This document shows positions 22,737-24,000 of a DNA stretch of 24,000 nucleotides, one piece after another; the stretch's first letter is position 1; every line of letters starts with the position of its first letter. Source of the stretch: Paracoccaceae bacterium. Its GTDB lineage: Bacteria; Pseudomonadota; Alphaproteobacteria; Rhodobacterales; Rhodobacteraceae. A program made the position numbers and the translations under genes. The stretch covers positions 179 through 24,178 of the forward strand of contig JBNGCX010000026.1 in the NCBI GenBank assembly GCA_049974865.1. Reading direction: 5' to 3'. The notes below the pieces were generated by a model. It was given only the letters and a program-made list of their open reading frames with translations. It had not been told where the DNA came from and made no database searches.

Positions 22737-24000
22737 TTTGAACTCTCGCTCCCTCCTTCCCGTCTTGCCCGGCCGTTGCCAGCAGCGGCAGGCGGATCTC
22801 GGCCAGCGCGCCGTGATGGGCGCAGCCGTCGAAGACGGGGGCGTCACGCAAGGACAGCGTGCCGCCATGCTCCTCGATAATCTTCTTCACGATGGGCAGG
22901 CCCAGCCCGGTGCCCTTGTCGCGGGTGGTGACATAGGGCTCGAACAGCCGGCCGCGATCCTCGGGCAGGCCGATGCCGTTGTCGGCGATGGCGATCTCGG
23001 CCATGCCGTCCGCGACCTTCATCGCGACGCGGATCTCCGGGCGATAGCCCTCAGGTGCGCCCTTTTCGATAAGGGTTTCCGTGGCTTCTCCGGCGTTCTT
23101 GATGAGATTCGTCAGGGCCTGGCTGATCATGGTCGCGTCCAGTTCGGTCATCACCGGCCCCTCGGGCAGGTCGGCGCTGATCTCTACCCCCGGCTGGCCG
23201 CTTTCCTGCAGCACCACCGCGTCGCGCACCAGCGCGGCCAGGTCGCCGGGGCGGCGGTCGGGCTCGGGCATGCGGGCGAACTTGGAAAATTCGTCAACGA
23301 TGCGGCGCAAGTCATTGGTTTGCCGCACGATCACGTCGGTATACTGGTCCAGGTCGGCGACCGCATCCTCGTCCACCATGCGGCGGAACTTGCGCTTGAT
23401 GCGCTCGGCCGAAAGCTGGATCGGGGTCAGCGGGTTCTTGATCTCATGCGCGATGCGGCGGGCCACATCGCCCCAGGCCGCCATCCGCTGCGCCGAGACC
23501 AGCTCGGTCACGTCGTCGAAGGCCACGACGTAGCCCTCGAGCCGCCCCGAGGTGCTGCGCCGCATGGCCATGCGCACCAGCAGGTTTTCCAGCTTGCCGT
23601 TACGCGTGAGCTTCAGCTCGTCCTGCGCCGCCTCGAAGGGGCCGGCGCGGAGCCGCTCGAACAGCGGCGCGAATTCCGGCACGGCATCGCCCAGGGCGCG
23701 CTCGTGATCGGCCTGCTCGTCGAGATCCAGCAGCCGCAGCGCCGAGCGGTTGACGAAATCGATCCGCCCCTCGGCATCCAGCCCGATCACCCCCGCGGTC
23801 ACCGAGCTCAGCACCGAGTCGAACAGCCGCCGCCGCCGCTCGATCTGGCGGTTGGTCTCCATCAGCGCGTCGCGCTGGCCCTTGAGCTGCCGGGTCATCT
23901 GGTTGAACACGCGGCCCAGCATGGCGATCTCGTCATCGCCCTTTTCCTCGACCACCCGCACGTCGAGGTCCCCGGCCCCGATCCGTTGCGCCGCGCCCGC
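22729..24000 (-). CDS. ntrY: Sensor histidine kinase NtrY (C-terminal part; N-terminus lies beyond the window)
   Basis: The reading frame stays open to position 24000. The track's apparent start at 23961 is an internal GTG inside a HAMP segment (...GAGDLDVRVVEEKGDDEIAMLGRVFNQM). This is followed by a PAS-like region, the H-box HEIKNPLTPIQL and HATPase N/G boxes. The stop overlaps the ntrX start by 8 nt. Confidence 0.9.
   Translation of the reverse strand, partial: AGAAQRIGAGDLDVRVVEEKGDDEIAMLGRVFNQMTRQLKGQRDALMETNRQIERRRRLFDSVLSSVTAGVIGLDAEGRIDFVNRSALRLLDLDEQADHERALGDAVPEFAPLFERLRAGPFEAAQDELKLTRNGKLENLLVRMAMRRSTSGRLEGYVVAFDDVTELVSAQRMAAWGDVARRIAHEIKNPLTPIQLSAERIKRKFRRMVDEDAVADLDQYTDVIVRQTNDLRRIVDEFSKFARMPEPDRRPGDLAALVRDAVVLQESGQPGVEISADLPEGPVMTELDATMISQALTNLIKNAGEATETLIEKGAPEGYRPEIRVAMKVADGMAEIAIADNGIGLPEDRGRLFEPYVTTRDKGTGLGLPIVKKIIEEHGGTLSLRDAPVFDGCAHHGALAEIRLPLLATAGQDGKEGARVQNE

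Overview
This is a G+C-rich, densely coding chromosomal segment that looks alphaproteobacterial (Rhodobacteraceae-like). I can support 19 protein genes. Eighteen come from the ORF track after trimming start codons, and one is a 37-aa gene below the track's length cut-off. From left to right the window contains: bdhA (-); an AT-rich divergent spacer carrying a candidate small RNA; an orphan YejA-like family-5 ABC substrate-binding protein, followed 2 nt later by an entericidin-family mini-lipoprotein; an XRE/cupin regulator divergent from a translationally coupled operon (adenylate-forming ligase, cytoplasmic DsbA/FrnE-like protein, Bcr/CflA MFS exporter); mfd plus a small 4-TM protein (-); hemB; a Tat-signal/lipobox SYLF lipoprotein; a HIBADH-family dehydrogenase (-); and a membrane-anchored penicillin/AHL-acylase-family Ntn hydrolase. 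The right end is the conserved alphaproteobacterial block ntrY(partial)-ntrX-trkA-trkH-hfq-hflX on the minus strand. I see no rRNA, tRNA, CRISPR array, transposase/integrase, phage gene or compositional island. The only AT-rich patches are short intergenic spacers. The window therefore reads as core chromosome, not an accessory or defence island, and I do not see a convincing novel multi-gene system. The items most worth a second look are modest: (1) a promoter-hairpin-terminator unit consistent with a ~77-nt Hfq-type sRNA at 905-981 (-); (2) the unlisted entericidin-like gene coupled to an orphan SBP; (3) the uncharacterised ligase/DsbA-like/MFS operon with its XRE-cupin regulator; and (4) two families of extragenic repeats, including paired AT-rich 9-bp-stem palindromes at both convergent gene junctions.
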